In this document: positions 34,416-43,773 of the stretch, piece after piece
How positions within the stretch are numbered: position 1 is the stretch's first letter
How the letters are laid out: each line of letters starts with the position of its first letter
Assembly (NCBI GenBank): GCA_964565895.1
Contig: CAZMGT010000015.1
Location: forward strand, 93-64,092
Source: an uncultured Armatimonadia bacterium
GTDB taxonomy: Bacteria > Armatimonadota > Zipacnadia > UBA1398 > CAZMGT01
DNA length: 64,000 nucleotides
Reading direction: 5' to 3'
The notes under the pieces: generated by a model
Databases searched by the model: none
What the model was told of the DNA's origin: nothing
What the model saw: the letters and a program-made list of their open reading frames with translations, nothing else
Translations under genes and position numbers: made by a program

Positions 34416-35738
34416 CTAACGGCCGGCGACAAGCATTTTGCCCACGAGAATCGTCGGGCGAACCAAGCCCGGGTCCGCGCGGTAGTCGCTGGAGATAGCC
34501 TCGATCGCTTTAGTCACCTCGAGGAAACTTCCCCCGAGCATCGTATTGCGCACGGGATAGGCCAGCTCGCCGCGTTCGATCTTGTAGCCAAAGTCCACCG
34601 CCGAGGAGAAGTCCCCCGTGGCCAGGTTGGGGCGGATTCCTCCGGCGAGCAAATACAGCCCCTCGTCCACGGAGCGCACGATCTCCTCCGCCGTGTGCTT
34701 CCCCAGCCGCGGGTTGGCGTTAGTGCTCGCGATGCCCGCGGCGAGGCCTGCGGCGTGCCCCGTGTTCTCCTCGCCCGCTTTGTTCGCCGTATATGACCGG
34801 TGGAGATAGGTCTGTAGCACGCCCCGCTCGACGACGGTCACCGTGCGGTGCGGCACGCCCTCGGCGTCAAACGGGGCCGAGGCCAGGCCGCCGGCAACCA
34901 GCGGCTCGTCAACGATGGTCAGCTCCTCCGAGGCCACGCGCTTGCCCTTCATCTCCGCGAGAAACGACCGCCCGCGCTGGACGCTCTCCGCATTTGCCGC
35001 GCCGAGCAAGCCCGAGATCAGGCTGCCCGAAGCGAGCGGGCCAAAAACCACCGGCAGCTCGCCCGTAGGCATGTCGCGCGCGCCGAGAAACCGCTGCGCA
35101 TGCTCCGCCGCCGTGCGGCCCAAGCCCTCGGGCTTAAAGTCCTCGAGCACACGCGCCGCGCGCCAGTCGTAAAACACCCCCGCCTCGTCACCACGGCGAA
35201 CGGTGACCATGACGTTAACGCCGATGCGCGTCGTCTGCGCCACCGCGGCCACGCCGCAGGTGTTGGCCAGGGCCGTCTGCCCGAAGCCCACAGCGCAGCC
35301 TCCGCTGACGACGGCCTCCGGGGCGACCTCGCGCGCCTCCTCGCTCGCCTGGCGCAGGTAGCCCATAAGCTGCTCGGCGCCAAGTCCGCGGATGTTCTCG
35401 TCATAAAGCCGCTCCACCGCGGGAAAACTCTCTGGGGCGGGAAGGGAGACGAAGTCCGGATCGGGCTCGGCCGTTTTCGCCAAAGCGACCGCTTCCTCGG
35501 CCACCTGGCGCACGCTTTGTGCGCCAAGGTCCGTCGCCGAGGCGCTGCCCAGCGCCCCACCGATATAGCACACGACATCGAGCCACACGCGCTCGCGCCG
35601 CAGGGCGCGTTTTACGTGTCCCCGCTCAAGCTCAATGCTGCGTGATTCGCTCTGCGTGGCGCAGGCCGCGGCAAACTCCGCTCCCGCTGCGCGAGCCACC
35701 TGGCAGGCATTCTGTGCGATCTCCAGCAACTCCGCCAT
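34416..35738 (-). CDS. pmbA: TldE/PmbA family metalloprotease subunit
   Basis: SFLAEMKGKRVAS, PFDAEGVP, YLHRSYTA, TGDFSS, YPVRNTMLGG. Confidence 0.9.
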   Translation of the reverse strand: MAELLEIAQNACQVARAAGAEFAAACATQSESRSIELERGHVKRALRRERVWLDVVCYIGGALGSASATDLGAQSVRQVAEEAVALAKTAEPDPDFVSLPAPESFPAVERLYDENIRGLGAEQLMGYLRQASEEAREVAPEAVVSGGCAVGFGQTALANTCGVAAVAQTTRIGVNVMVTVRRGDEAGVFYDWRAARVLEDFKPEGLGRTAAEHAQRFLGARDMPTGELPVVFGPLASGSLISGLLGAANAESVQRGRSFLAEMKGKRVASEELTIVDEPLVAGGLASAPFDAEGVPHRTVTVVERGVLQTYLHRSYTANKAGEENTGHAAGLAAGIASTNANPRLGKHTAEEIVRSVDEGLYLLAGGIRPNLATGDFSSAVDFGYKIERGELAYPVRNTMLGGSFLEVTKAIEAISSDYRADPGLVRPTILVGKMLVAGR

Positions 35739-35756
35739 CGCCACTCTCCCTTCCGC

Positions 35757-37157
35757 CTACTGCTGGCCACCGACGACAAGCTGCTTAACGCGGACATATG
35801 GCCCGCCTCCGTTAACGTACATCCCCTGGCCATCCTTGCCGCACATTCCCCCGAATGTAAGCATCTCAAACTCCTGCGAGACGGCGTCGATATCGTTTAA
35901 CGTGTCTAAAATTAACCCCGACACGGACACGTCGCGGATCATCTCCGCCAGCTCCCCGTTGCGGATCATCCTCCCGTGGCCGGCGTGGCAGGTGTACTGC
36001 CCGCGCGAGCAGATGACATAGCCCCACTGCCCCTTCTCGAGGAGGATCCCGCGGTCGATCTCCGCGATAATCTCCTGCACGGGCCGCGTGCCCGGCTCGA
36101 CGATCGTGTTGCTCATGCGCACGATGGGCGGGTGGGCGTGGCTCATGGCCCGTGCGCTGCCTGTGGGCTGCGCGCCGAGCTTGGCCGCCGTCTCCAAGCT
36201 GTGCATGAGGCCGACGAGCACGCCATCTTTGATGATCTGCCGGCGCCGCCCGGGCACGCCCTCAGAGTCATAGAAAAACGAGCCCCACGAGCCGGCAATC
36301 GTCGAGTCGTCCACGACGTTGAGCAGGGGCGAGGCGATGCGTTGGCCCAGCCTGCCCTCGAGGATCGACTCCCCGGCAACGTAGCCGTCGGCCTCGGCGT
36401 TGTGCCCCAGCGCCTCGTGGATGAACACCCCCACAACGCTCGGGTGGAGGACCACGGGAAAAGTTCCCGCGGGCGCGCGCTGGGCACGGAGCAGGTCCAG
36501 CGCCCGGCGCGCGGCGACGCCGGCGATCTCCTCCGGCGAGAACTGGCTGACGAACTCAAAGCCGGCGAGCGCATTTTTCGTCTCCGCCGCCTGCTGGCGC
36601 ACGTCGCCCTCGCGCACGGTAACGACCACGCCAAGCTGCGTTCGCGTATACTCGCTCTCCACGAGCGTGCCCAGCGTGTTGGCGACGATCTCGCGCGTGC
36701 GGCTTTCTAAGTATTGCGCCCGAGTGTTGGCGAGAAAGTCGCCCGCGAGCTCAATAGCGCGCTTCTCTTGCGCTTCGACAAGGGCCATTTTCTCGCTTGC
36801 CCGCACAGACGCCGGGTCGCGCTCGCACGGCCCCTGAACGGCGTCTTGGACGGGTTCGAGCTGGGCCACGGCGGCGGGCTCGCCGATGTTTTTGCTTGCC
36901 TCGCGGGCCAGGGCGAGCGCCTGCTCCAGGCACTCCTCGGCCGCCTCGTTAGTGAGCTCGTCGGTGCAGGCAAAGCCCCACGCGCCGTCGTACAACACCC
37001 GCACGCCAATGCCCGACTGCTGCTCGAAGAACACCTTGTCGGCGCGGCCGTCTTGGCGCGCGAAGAGCGAGGTGCGTTGCTCGAAAAACCGCGCATCGCA
37101 GAAGGCAACGCCTTTTTTAGAGGCGACATCGCGCACGTGCTCGACGATTTCGCGCAT
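35757..37157 (-). CDS. tldD: TldD family metalloprotease subunit
   Basis: GIGVRVL..GAWGFA, HEALGHNAEAD (HExxxH), YDSEGVPG, PIVRMSNT, MCGKDGQ. Confidence 0.93.
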   Translation of the reverse strand: MREIVEHVRDVASKKGVAFCDARFFEQRTSLFARQDGRADKVFFEQQSGIGVRVLYDGAWGFACTDELTNEAAEECLEQALALAREASKNIGEPAAVAQLEPVQDAVQGPCERDPASVRASEKMALVEAQEKRAIELAGDFLANTRAQYLESRTREIVANTLGTLVESEYTRTQLGVVVTVREGDVRQQAAETKNALAGFEFVSQFSPEEIAGVAARRALDLLRAQRAPAGTFPVVLHPSVVGVFIHEALGHNAEADGYVAGESILEGRLGQRIASPLLNVVDDSTIAGSWGSFFYDSEGVPGRRRQIIKDGVLVGLMHSLETAAKLGAQPTGSARAMSHAHPPIVRMSNTIVEPGTRPVQEIIAEIDRGILLEKGQWGYVICSRGQYTCHAGHGRMIRNGELAEMIRDVSVSGLILDTLNDIDAVSQEFEMLTFGGMCGKDGQGMYVNGGGPYVRVKQLVVGGQQ

Positions 37158-37294
37158 TTGCTTACCTCCGTAGGAAGCGAGGTGGACGGCAGAGAGAGAA
37201 CGCTCACCCTGCCTTTGTTTCTAGCGCGCCGCGCGTGCGACCTGCGCAGGTGTTACAGCAGTGCTGGAGAAAACGTGTAGGCGAGCGATGGGCT

Positions 37295-37456
37295 GGGTTG
37301 GGCGGCAACGAAGCTCGCGCGGGGGGTGAGCTCTGTTGAGGACCGTTTGTTCCCATTGCGGGAGGTTACTCGCGCCTGGGGAGAATTTGCAAACGGCGCC
37401 CACGGGAGGTTGCTCTGTATTAATCCCCCGCCACAAAGCAGCCGGCTCGCCCACCC
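37295..37456 (-). ncRNA. Candidate ~160-nt structured ncRNA (long imperfect hairpin with central bubble, 6S-like size)
   Basis: Hand-folded minus strand: GGGUGGGCG/CGCCC(A)ACCC outer stem, GCGGGGG/CCCCCGC, 23+13-nt central bubble, GGGCGCCGUUUG/CAAACGGUCCU inner stem; G-U pairs favour the minus strand. Confidence 0.35.
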
Positions 37457-37847
37457 GTACGGCGCCGCGAGGTGAGCGGAAAACGCTAGCTCAACGAAGC
37501 AGGGCGCGCGCTGGGGCTATAAGTTCAGCGCGATAGCGACTCCGGCCGCAGGCGCTGGGAGTCGATTAAGAGGCGGGCGCAAAAGCGGATGAAAAGCCTG
37601 GTCAACGGGTGCGCTTTGGCGGCGGACAGGCTGGCCAGGGGGCAATGCAAAGGCGGAGGCCTAGGTCCCGACGCGCACCCACGCCCTCCCCGACGGCCGG
37701 CCGCTCTCCTTAGACCGCAACGGCAGATGTTCCACCGGGTTCGCTGTGCACTGCTTGTCTGCCAGCATGGGGACCGACCCCGTTGGGGAACAGGCGGTCC
37801 GCCTCCCCTGGCGCTCAGCGATCGCGTATTCCTTTTTCGGACATTAC

Positions 37848-37876
37848 TTGATTTTCCGCTCGAAATCAGACATACT
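37848..37876 (+). promoter_or_regulatory. abiEi promoter TTGATT-17-CATACT with overlapping inverted repeat TGATTT-N8-AAATCA
   Basis: 17-bp spacing; the IR at 37849-37854/37863-37868 overlaps the -35, consistent with AbiEi autoregulation. Confidence 0.6.
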
Positions 37877-37921
37877 GTTGCCACTTGTTCATAAATGGGG
37901 ACGCTTTGTCTGGAGCCAGTG

Positions 37922-38515
37922 ATGGAAGAACGCGCTGAAGAAATCTTCCGCAAGCATGGCGGCGTGCTCAGAATGAGCGAAGCGATAAAGCACGGCATCA
38001 CGCGTTACATGCTCTATTCGCTCAGGGACAAGGGCATCATCGAGCGGGTGAGCAGAGGCATCTATCGGCTGGCCGAGCTACCGCCGATCAGCAACCCTGA
38101 CTTGGTCACGGTGAGCCTTCGCTTCCCGAACGCCGTCATCTGTCTCGTCTCCGCACTGGCGTGGCATGACATCACGACCCAGGTCCCGCATGTCGTTTCC
38201 GTGGCGGTGCCCAGAAACGCGCGCATGCCATCGCTCGACTATCCTCCCGTCGAGGTCCATAAATTCTCGACTAAGGCGTACAAGGCCGGCATTGAAGAGC
38301 ATCTGGTCGACGGAGTGCCCGTCAAGGTCTACAACCCCGAGAAGACCCTGGCCGACTGCTTCAAGTTTCGCAACAAGATCGGAATGGACGTGGTGCTGGA
38401 AGCACTGAGGCTGTATAGGATACGAAAGAAATTTGACCTTGCGAAACTGCTTGAGTACGCGAGGGTCTGCCGAGTGGAGAAGGTGATGCGGCCGTACCTG
38501 GAGGCAATCGGATGA
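37922..38515 (+). CDS. abiEi: Type IV toxin-antitoxin antitoxin AbiEi (wHTH transcriptional regulator)
   Basis: IFRKHGGVLRMSEA, RVSRGIYRL, AVICLVSALAWHDITTQVP, YNPEKTLADCFKFRNKIG; GGAG RBS before ATG 37922. Confidence 0.93.
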   Translation: MEERAEEIFRKHGGVLRMSEAIKHGITRYMLYSLRDKGIIERVSRGIYRLAELPPISNPDLVTVSLRFPNAVICLVSALAWHDITTQVPHVVSVAVPRNARMPSLDYPPVEVHKFSTKAYKAGIEEHLVDGVPVKVYNPEKTLADCFKFRNKIGMDVVLEALRLYRIRKKFDLAKLLEYARVCRVEKVMRPYLEAIG

Positions 38516-39414
38516 AGCCCTCCCAAAACATCGCCGCATCCGTCCGGCAGCGCCTCCTCAACCGCGCCAGGAGCGAGGGACGAACGTTCAGCGAGTTGCT
38601 TCAATACTATGCCATGGAGCGATTCCTGTACCGGCTGTCCCAATCCGCTCACGCCCGCCGATTCATTCTCAAGGGCGCTTTGATGCTGCGAGTGTGGCAT
38701 GTCCCGGAAGTCCGCCCAACGATGGACATCGACATGCTTGGAAAAACGCGCAACGACGAAGCCCATGTCGTGGCCCAGATTCGCGACGTTTTGACCGTGC
38801 ATGTGGAAGAAGACGGGCTTTTCTTCAACCCTGACTCAGTTCGAGCTGAGCGCATCACCGAAGACGCGGACTACGAGGGGATCAGGGTTCGGTTCCTGTG
38901 CGCATTGGGGGCTGCCAGAATCCACATGCAGATCGACATCGGTTTCGGCGATGTGGTCTATCCACAGCCTGAAGAGACGGAGCTTCCCACCATCCTGGAT
39001 TACGCGGCACCACGATTGCTCTGCTACAGCCGAGAGAGCACCATCGCAGAAAAGCTCGAAGCCATGGTCAAGCTGGGTCTGCTAAACAGCCGGATGAAGG
39101 ACTTCTACGACATCTGGCTGTTGTCCAACCACTTCGACTTCCGCGGAACCGATCTCGCCGAGGCCATTCGTCTCACCTTTCAACGACGAGGGACAGCGCT
39201 ACCCGCGGAAGTCGAAGCTTTCACGGAGCCTTTCATCTCGGCGAAACAGACCCAGTGGGCAGCGTTCCGGAAGAGAGTTGGGCAGGAGGGGGTTCCCGCC
39301 TCGTTTCAGGAAATCGTGGCCCAAGTGCGTGCATTCCTGTCCCCCGTCGTCGCGGCGCTTTCCTGCAGGAAACCAAAGCCCACAAAGTGGGTTGCCCCCG
39401 GTCCATGGACGTGA
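38512..39414 (+). CDS. abiEii: Type IV toxin-antitoxin toxin AbiEii (nucleotidyltransferase)
   Basis: ASVRQRLLN, YAMERFLYRLS, FILKGALML, RPTMDIDML, IDIGFGD, NSRMKDFYDI; ATGA coupling to abiEi. Confidence 0.93.
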   Translation: MKPSQNIAASVRQRLLNRARSEGRTFSELLQYYAMERFLYRLSQSAHARRFILKGALMLRVWHVPEVRPTMDIDMLGKTRNDEAHVVAQIRDVLTVHVEEDGLFFNPDSVRAERITEDADYEGIRVRFLCALGAARIHMQIDIGFGDVVYPQPEETELPTILDYAAPRLLCYSRESTIAEKLEAMVKLGLLNSRMKDFYDIWLLSNHFDFRGTDLAEAIRLTFQRRGTALPAEVEAFTEPFISAKQTQWAAFRKRVGQEGVPASFQEIVAQVRAFLSPVVAALSCRKPKPTKWVAPGPWT

Positions 39415-39584
39415 GGCAGTGGTTTTCTCCGAGACAGTGCTGTGCCAGCGATTCTTTCTCCCAAATATTCCCCCGCTGGATGGATGTGCGCCCATCCCCC
39501 CACCTCCCGCCGCATTTTGGCCCTAAACGTGTTTTATGCCCTACAGGAGGAAAACCAGCGGTAGGCCCACACAGCCCCAGCGTC

Positions 39585-41168
39585 CTACCGCTTCTTCCGC
39601 GCCCGCGCCACAAGCGCTGCGCGAAGCTCAAGACCTTGCCCGCCGACGCATAGCCGAAAATCGTTGCCGTTGCAGCGATCGGCAAACCGCGCGTCGGCAA
39701 GGAAAAACCACGCCGTCTGCCACGCCCCGGTGTTGTTACGCTTTGCCGCTCCCCCGCGCTTAAACGCCCCGCTGCGCACAGACCCTTCCCTATCCGCCGA
39801 GTCATACTCTAAGAAAAACTCGCCCGTGCCGCGATCCAAGTACTCGATAGCGATGACCACGGGCACACCCGCTTCGTCGAACAAAAAGCTGTTGTCCACC
39901 TGAAAGTAGATGTATCCTCCAAGCCCATTGGCTCGCCGCGTGCTGCGCAGGCACTTCGCCCCCTGCGCAAACGCGCGGACAACCGGCCCGTCTTCGGCGT
40001 CAAGCGGCACGGAAAGGCCGCAAAACTCCGGCCGCGCGCCGATGCGAAAGCTGACCACCGACGCCTCAGCGTATTCCCCCGGGCAGGGCAGGCGCGCGCG
40101 CTTGTGCCACAGGTCGGCGTACTTGCGCGTAAGCTCGATGTACTGCGTGCCGTACTCGCGGCTGCGGCAAATGTCCGTCCCTTCGTGAAACTCGTTCCAC
40201 GTCTCGATAAGCAAAATCGCCGGCCGCGTCTTCGGGTTGCGCTGGAGCATGTTCTCCCACGCCCGCTGATAGTACCGTCCGCCCTCGCGCTCGCGCACTA
40301 GCGGCGCACGCCCGCGCACCGCGGAATGGTCGTACCCCGGGCCGATGGCACACACCTTGTCGAAGACCACCGGGCGCAGCGCCGCGCCCCAGGAGTAGAC
40401 GGCATCGGCCCGGCCCAGGAAGTCGGGCGATTTGATTAAGTAGGGCTCCGTGCCGAAGTCTTGGCGAAAGCGCGCGCGGACTTCGTCGAGCAGCCGCCGG
40501 TCCTGTTTTTTCGCGAAGTTCGCCGTATAGATGACAACGATCGGCTTGCCCTCGATCATCGCCCACTTGCGCGGGGGGATCATCGAGAAAAAGTCGCGGA
40601 TCGTGCCATAAAACCAGTCTTTGCCCTTGTCCGTGCTCAGGTCAATGTGCGCGCCGAGGGGGTTAAAGCGCAGGGTGGAGGTGTCATAGAACAGGCCGAT
40701 TTGCGGCGGGGTTTTCCCCTCGGCGACGAGCTCGTCGTGCGCTTGGACCAGGGCGCGCAGGCCCTCGAAGCACCACGTGCGATAAAACCCGGGCACGCCC
40801 CAGAACACGGGCAAAAGAAAGTCTACCCCCGCGGCGATCATGTCCTCAAGCTCTGTGCGGTGCCACGAGAGTAGTTTATAGCTGAACCCCTCGAGCGTCG
40901 GGGGGTGGTCCGTAAGCTGGTCGCCGCCGTCGGGGTAGTAAACATGGGTGCCTGTGGGGGCGTCATACCAGTAAAAGAAGTAGGTGCCCACGATGGGCTG
41001 CCCTGCGGCGAAGCTGCGCCCGGGAGCGAGGCGCTCTTGCCCAAGAGGGAAATATGGCCCGGGCGCGCGGGCCGGCAGTTGCCAGCGGTGGAGCGGGTCC
41101 GCGCGGCAGAGGGCAGCCGCGCACAAAACCAGGGCGGGCAAAGCCGCCCAGCCAAGCGCGCGGGGCAC
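39585..41168 (-). CDS. Secreted DUF5010-like/GH99-like glycoside hydrolase with C-terminal beta-sandwich
   Basis: TYFFYWY, WHRTELEDMIAAGVDFLLPVFWG, GLFYDTS, IGPGYD, ETWNEFHEGTDI; AAGGAG before GTG 41168. Confidence 0.7.
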   Translation of the reverse strand: MPRALGWAALPALVLCAAALCRADPLHRWQLPARAPGPYFPLGQERLAPGRSFAAGQPIVGTYFFYWYDAPTGTHVYYPDGGDQLTDHPPTLEGFSYKLLSWHRTELEDMIAAGVDFLLPVFWGVPGFYRTWCFEGLRALVQAHDELVAEGKTPPQIGLFYDTSTLRFNPLGAHIDLSTDKGKDWFYGTIRDFFSMIPPRKWAMIEGKPIVVIYTANFAKKQDRRLLDEVRARFRQDFGTEPYLIKSPDFLGRADAVYSWGAALRPVVFDKVCAIGPGYDHSAVRGRAPLVREREGGRYYQRAWENMLQRNPKTRPAILLIETWNEFHEGTDICRSREYGTQYIELTRKYADLWHKRARLPCPGEYAEASVVSFRIGARPEFCGLSVPLDAEDGPVVRAFAQGAKCLRSTRRANGLGGYIYFQVDNSFLFDEAGVPVVIAIEYLDRGTGEFFLEYDSADREGSVRSGAFKRGGAAKRNNTGAWQTAWFFLADARFADRCNGNDFRLCVGGQGLELRAALVARARKKR

Positions 41169-41295
41169 GGGCGCTTCACTCCTTTCCGCCTCAGCGGGCG
41201 TCTTCGCCGCGCGTTCCACGCACGCCTGCCTGGGCCGCGCAGCGCTCGCCGCGCTTGGCGCCCCCGCCTGCTGCGGGAAAAGGGGAGAGACGGCA

Positions 41296-42381
41296 ATGCG
41301 CGTGTTGAGGCAATTTTGCGCCGCGCTTTTGTTTTGCCAACTGCTCTGCTGGGGCGCGCGGGCGGAGCCTCCTACCCCTCCCGGACAGCCTCGTTCCGGG
41401 CCAGGGGGCGCGGAGTATAAGCACGCCGCCGTGCGCAAGGCCGCGTTTGGTGTGGGCGGCACGCGCTTTTGGCTGTTCGAGCCTGCCGAGCCTACGCCGC
41501 GCTCGGCGCCGGTTGTCGCGCTGTTTCACGGCTGGTCAGGCGTCAACCCGATGTACTACGGTGCGTGGATCGAGCATCTCGCCCGCCGGGGAAACATCGT
41601 TATCTGGCCGCGCTACCAGGCGACGGCGCTGGACATTCGCAACATAACGCAAAACTCCGTTAATGCGCTGCGCGCGGCGCTCGCCCGGCTGCAGGATGGC
41701 GCGCACGTCGCCCCAGAGCTAGACAAGTTCGCCCTTGTCGGGCACTCCCTGGGCGGAACAATGGCCGCCAACGTGGCCGCGCGCGCCCAGCGCGCGGGAC
41801 TGCCCAAGCCGCGCGCGCTAATGCTCGTCCAGCCGGGCGACACAAAAGGCTCGGTCACTGCGCAGCGGCTGGGCCTCGATGTTCCCAGCGTGCTCGAGGA
41901 CTACTCCACGATCCCCAGCGACGTTTTAATGCTCATCGTCGTTGGCGAAGAAGACCGGCTTGCCGGAAACCAGGGCGCACTGTTTTTTCATGAGACGCCC
42001 CAAGTGCCTTTGCAAAACAAGGACTACATAATCCTACGCAGCGACCGCCATGGCTCGCCCCCGCTTGTCGCGCACCACTTTTGCCCCTGCGCGCTAGACG
42101 AACGCTACGACAACGGCGAGCGCCCCCTGTGGCGCGCGCGGGGCCGCCGCGCGCTGTTTAGCGAGGCGCTCATGCGCAAGCTGCTCGGCGTGGACGCCCT
42201 GGACTACTTCGGCACGTGGAAGTTGCTCGATGGGCTCACCGACGCCGCGTTTTACGGCAAAAACCGCGACTACGCCCTGGGCAACACGCAAAAGCAGCGC
42301 TTTATGGGCGTGTGGAGCGACGGCGTCCCCGTGCGCGAGCTGGTAGTAACCGACAACCCGCCGGCCGTTGCCCGGCCCTAG
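41296..42381 (+). CDS. Secreted alpha/beta hydrolase (chlorophyllase/cutinase-like)
   Basis: Signal peptide; LFHGW, nucleophile elbow GHSLGG, VGEED, AHH. Confidence 0.85.
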   Translation: MRVLRQFCAALLFCQLLCWGARAEPPTPPGQPRSGPGGAEYKHAAVRKAAFGVGGTRFWLFEPAEPTPRSAPVVALFHGWSGVNPMYYGAWIEHLARRGNIVIWPRYQATALDIRNITQNSVNALRAALARLQDGAHVAPELDKFALVGHSLGGTMAANVAARAQRAGLPKPRALMLVQPGDTKGSVTAQRLGLDVPSVLEDYSTIPSDVLMLIVVGEEDRLAGNQGALFFHETPQVPLQNKDYIILRSDRHGSPPLVAHHFCPCALDERYDNGERPLWRARGRRALFSEALMRKLLGVDALDYFGTWKLLDGLTDAAFYGKNRDYALGNTQKQRFMGVWSDGVPVRELVVTDNPPAVARP

Positions 42382-42475
42382 CCGCCGCGCGCAGGCAGGC
42401 GCCTCGTGGGCGAGGGGCGAAAAACCTCTTGCCCGACGAAGAACGGGCCAGCGCGCGGAGAAGGAGTTGAGGAAG

Positions 42476-43225
42476 ATGAGCAAACTGCTGCCGCTTTTGT
42501 CCCTGGCCGTGTTTTGCCTCGGCCTGTGCCCTGCGCCGGCGAGCGCCGCGGGCGAGCAAGGCAAGCTTAGGGTGGTCGTAATCACTGGCGGCCACGGGTT
42601 TAACCGCAACGAGTTTTTCAAGATCTTCCAAGGCCACGACGACATCGAATATCGCGAAGTCGTCCAACCCAAGGCAAACGATCTTTACACACCCGAAGCG
42701 CGCAAGACATACGACGTTATCGTGATGTACGACATGTGGCAGAAAATTACCGCGGAGCAGAAGAAAAACCTCATCGCGCGGCTTAACGAGGGGCTGCCCC
42801 TTGTTGTCCTCCACCACGCCATCGCCTCATATCAGGACTGGCCGGAGTATGAGAAGATCATTGGCGCGCGCTATTACCTCCAGCCGACGATGGTCCGTGG
42901 AAAGCTGCACCCGCGCTCGACATATCAGCACGACGTGCGCTTTACGGTAAAAATCGCCGACCCAAACCATCCCATTACCCGGGGAATGGCCGACTTTGAG
43001 ATCGTTGACGAGACGTATAACCTGTTCGATGTCGCCGACGACGTGCACCCGCTGCTTACCGTAGAACACGAAAAAAGCGGCAAAATCATCGGCTGGACGC
43101 ACCACTACGGCAACTCGCGCATCGTCTACATCCAGCTCGGCCACGGGCCAAGCGCCTTCGGCAACGAGAACTATCGCCGGCTTGTGGCACAGGCGATCCG
43201 CTGGGTTGCGGGAAGGCTGGATTAG
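42476..43225 (+). CDS. Secreted ThuA-like (class I GATase-like) domain protein
   Basis: VITGGHGF, YDVIVMYD, VVLHHA, HPITRGM.DF.IVDETY, YGNSRIVYIQLGH. Confidence 0.88.
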   Translation: MSKLLPLLSLAVFCLGLCPAPASAAGEQGKLRVVVITGGHGFNRNEFFKIFQGHDDIEYREVVQPKANDLYTPEARKTYDVIVMYDMWQKITAEQKKNLIARLNEGLPLVVLHHAIASYQDWPEYEKIIGARYYLQPTMVRGKLHPRSTYQHDVRFTVKIADPNHPITRGMADFEIVDETYNLFDVADDVHPLLTVEHEKSGKIIGWTHHYGNSRIVYIQLGHGPSAFGNENYRRLVAQAIRWVAGRLD

Positions 43226-43319
43226 GCAGGAGCTCTCCGCGCCGTGGCGCGGCGCGCGTCTTTGCCGACGATCCGCACCGGCCGGAGAGGCGCACTAAAG
43301 AGAAGGGAGAGGATGGCGC

Positions 43320-43754
43320 GTGAGAACAGGTCGGCTGGTGGCTGTGCTCTGCCTTGCCGTGGTCCTCTGCTGCGCGGCAAGCGCACTTGCCGGGGGGAAG
43401 GGCAAGGGGCCGAAGGACGACCCCCACGCCCGCAACTTCGACCGTATGCTCTCCAACGCCATGGCGCAAATGAGCGCCCTGCTCAGCACGTGGACCTACT
43501 GGGACGAGCTCGACCTGCCCAGCGGCGCAGACCGCGACGAGGTGTGGGCCGTGCTCGAGGAGCTCGATGCTGCGCTCGTCTATGCCATCGACGCCCAGGA
43601 CTGGGAGGTCCTCGTCTGGGTTAACGACACCGCGGACGAGTGGAACAACACCCTCGGCTACACCCGCGGCTACTGGTTCCACGGCCCGGGGGCGGACCTG
43701 CGTGTAGACTACGTCCCCGGCGACTTGGGCGGGGGCGACCTGGGCGGCTGGTAG
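43320..43754 (+). CDS. Small secreted acidic Trp-rich hypothetical protein
   Basis: GGAG-like RBS, GTG start, signal peptide, host-like codon usage, own terminator. Confidence 0.7.
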   Translation: MRTGRLVAVLCLAVVLCCAASALAGGKGKGPKDDPHARNFDRMLSNAMAQMSALLSTWTYWDELDLPSGADRDEVWAVLEELDAALVYAIDAQDWEVLVWVNDTADEWNNTLGYTRGYWFHGPGADLRVDYVPGDLGGGDLGGW

Positions 43755-43773
43755 CTAGGGCTTACTGAACCTA

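Noticed and set aside
37766-37799. Hairpin GACCG-A-CCCC-GTT-GGGG...CGGTC that loosely resembles a type I-E CRISPR repeat on the minus strand
   Set aside because: Single copy, no spacer periodicity, and no cas genes in the window.
37158-37921. Known riboswitch, tRNA, SRP, tmRNA, RNase P or group II intron in the long intergenic region
   Set aside because: Partial words (GCAACC, GUAACCUC, GAGCCGG) lack the rest of the SAM-I, c-di-AMP or intron-D5 consensus; no T-loop/CCA, GGAAAGUCC or SRP loop motif was seen.
37266-39430. 9-bp inverted repeat GGAGAAAAC (37266-37274) / GTTTTCTCC (39422-39430) flanking the RNA candidate and AbiE pair, with a near-copy at about 39546-39557
   Set aside because: Too short to separate from chance; no target-site duplication or transposase, so it was not called a mobile element.
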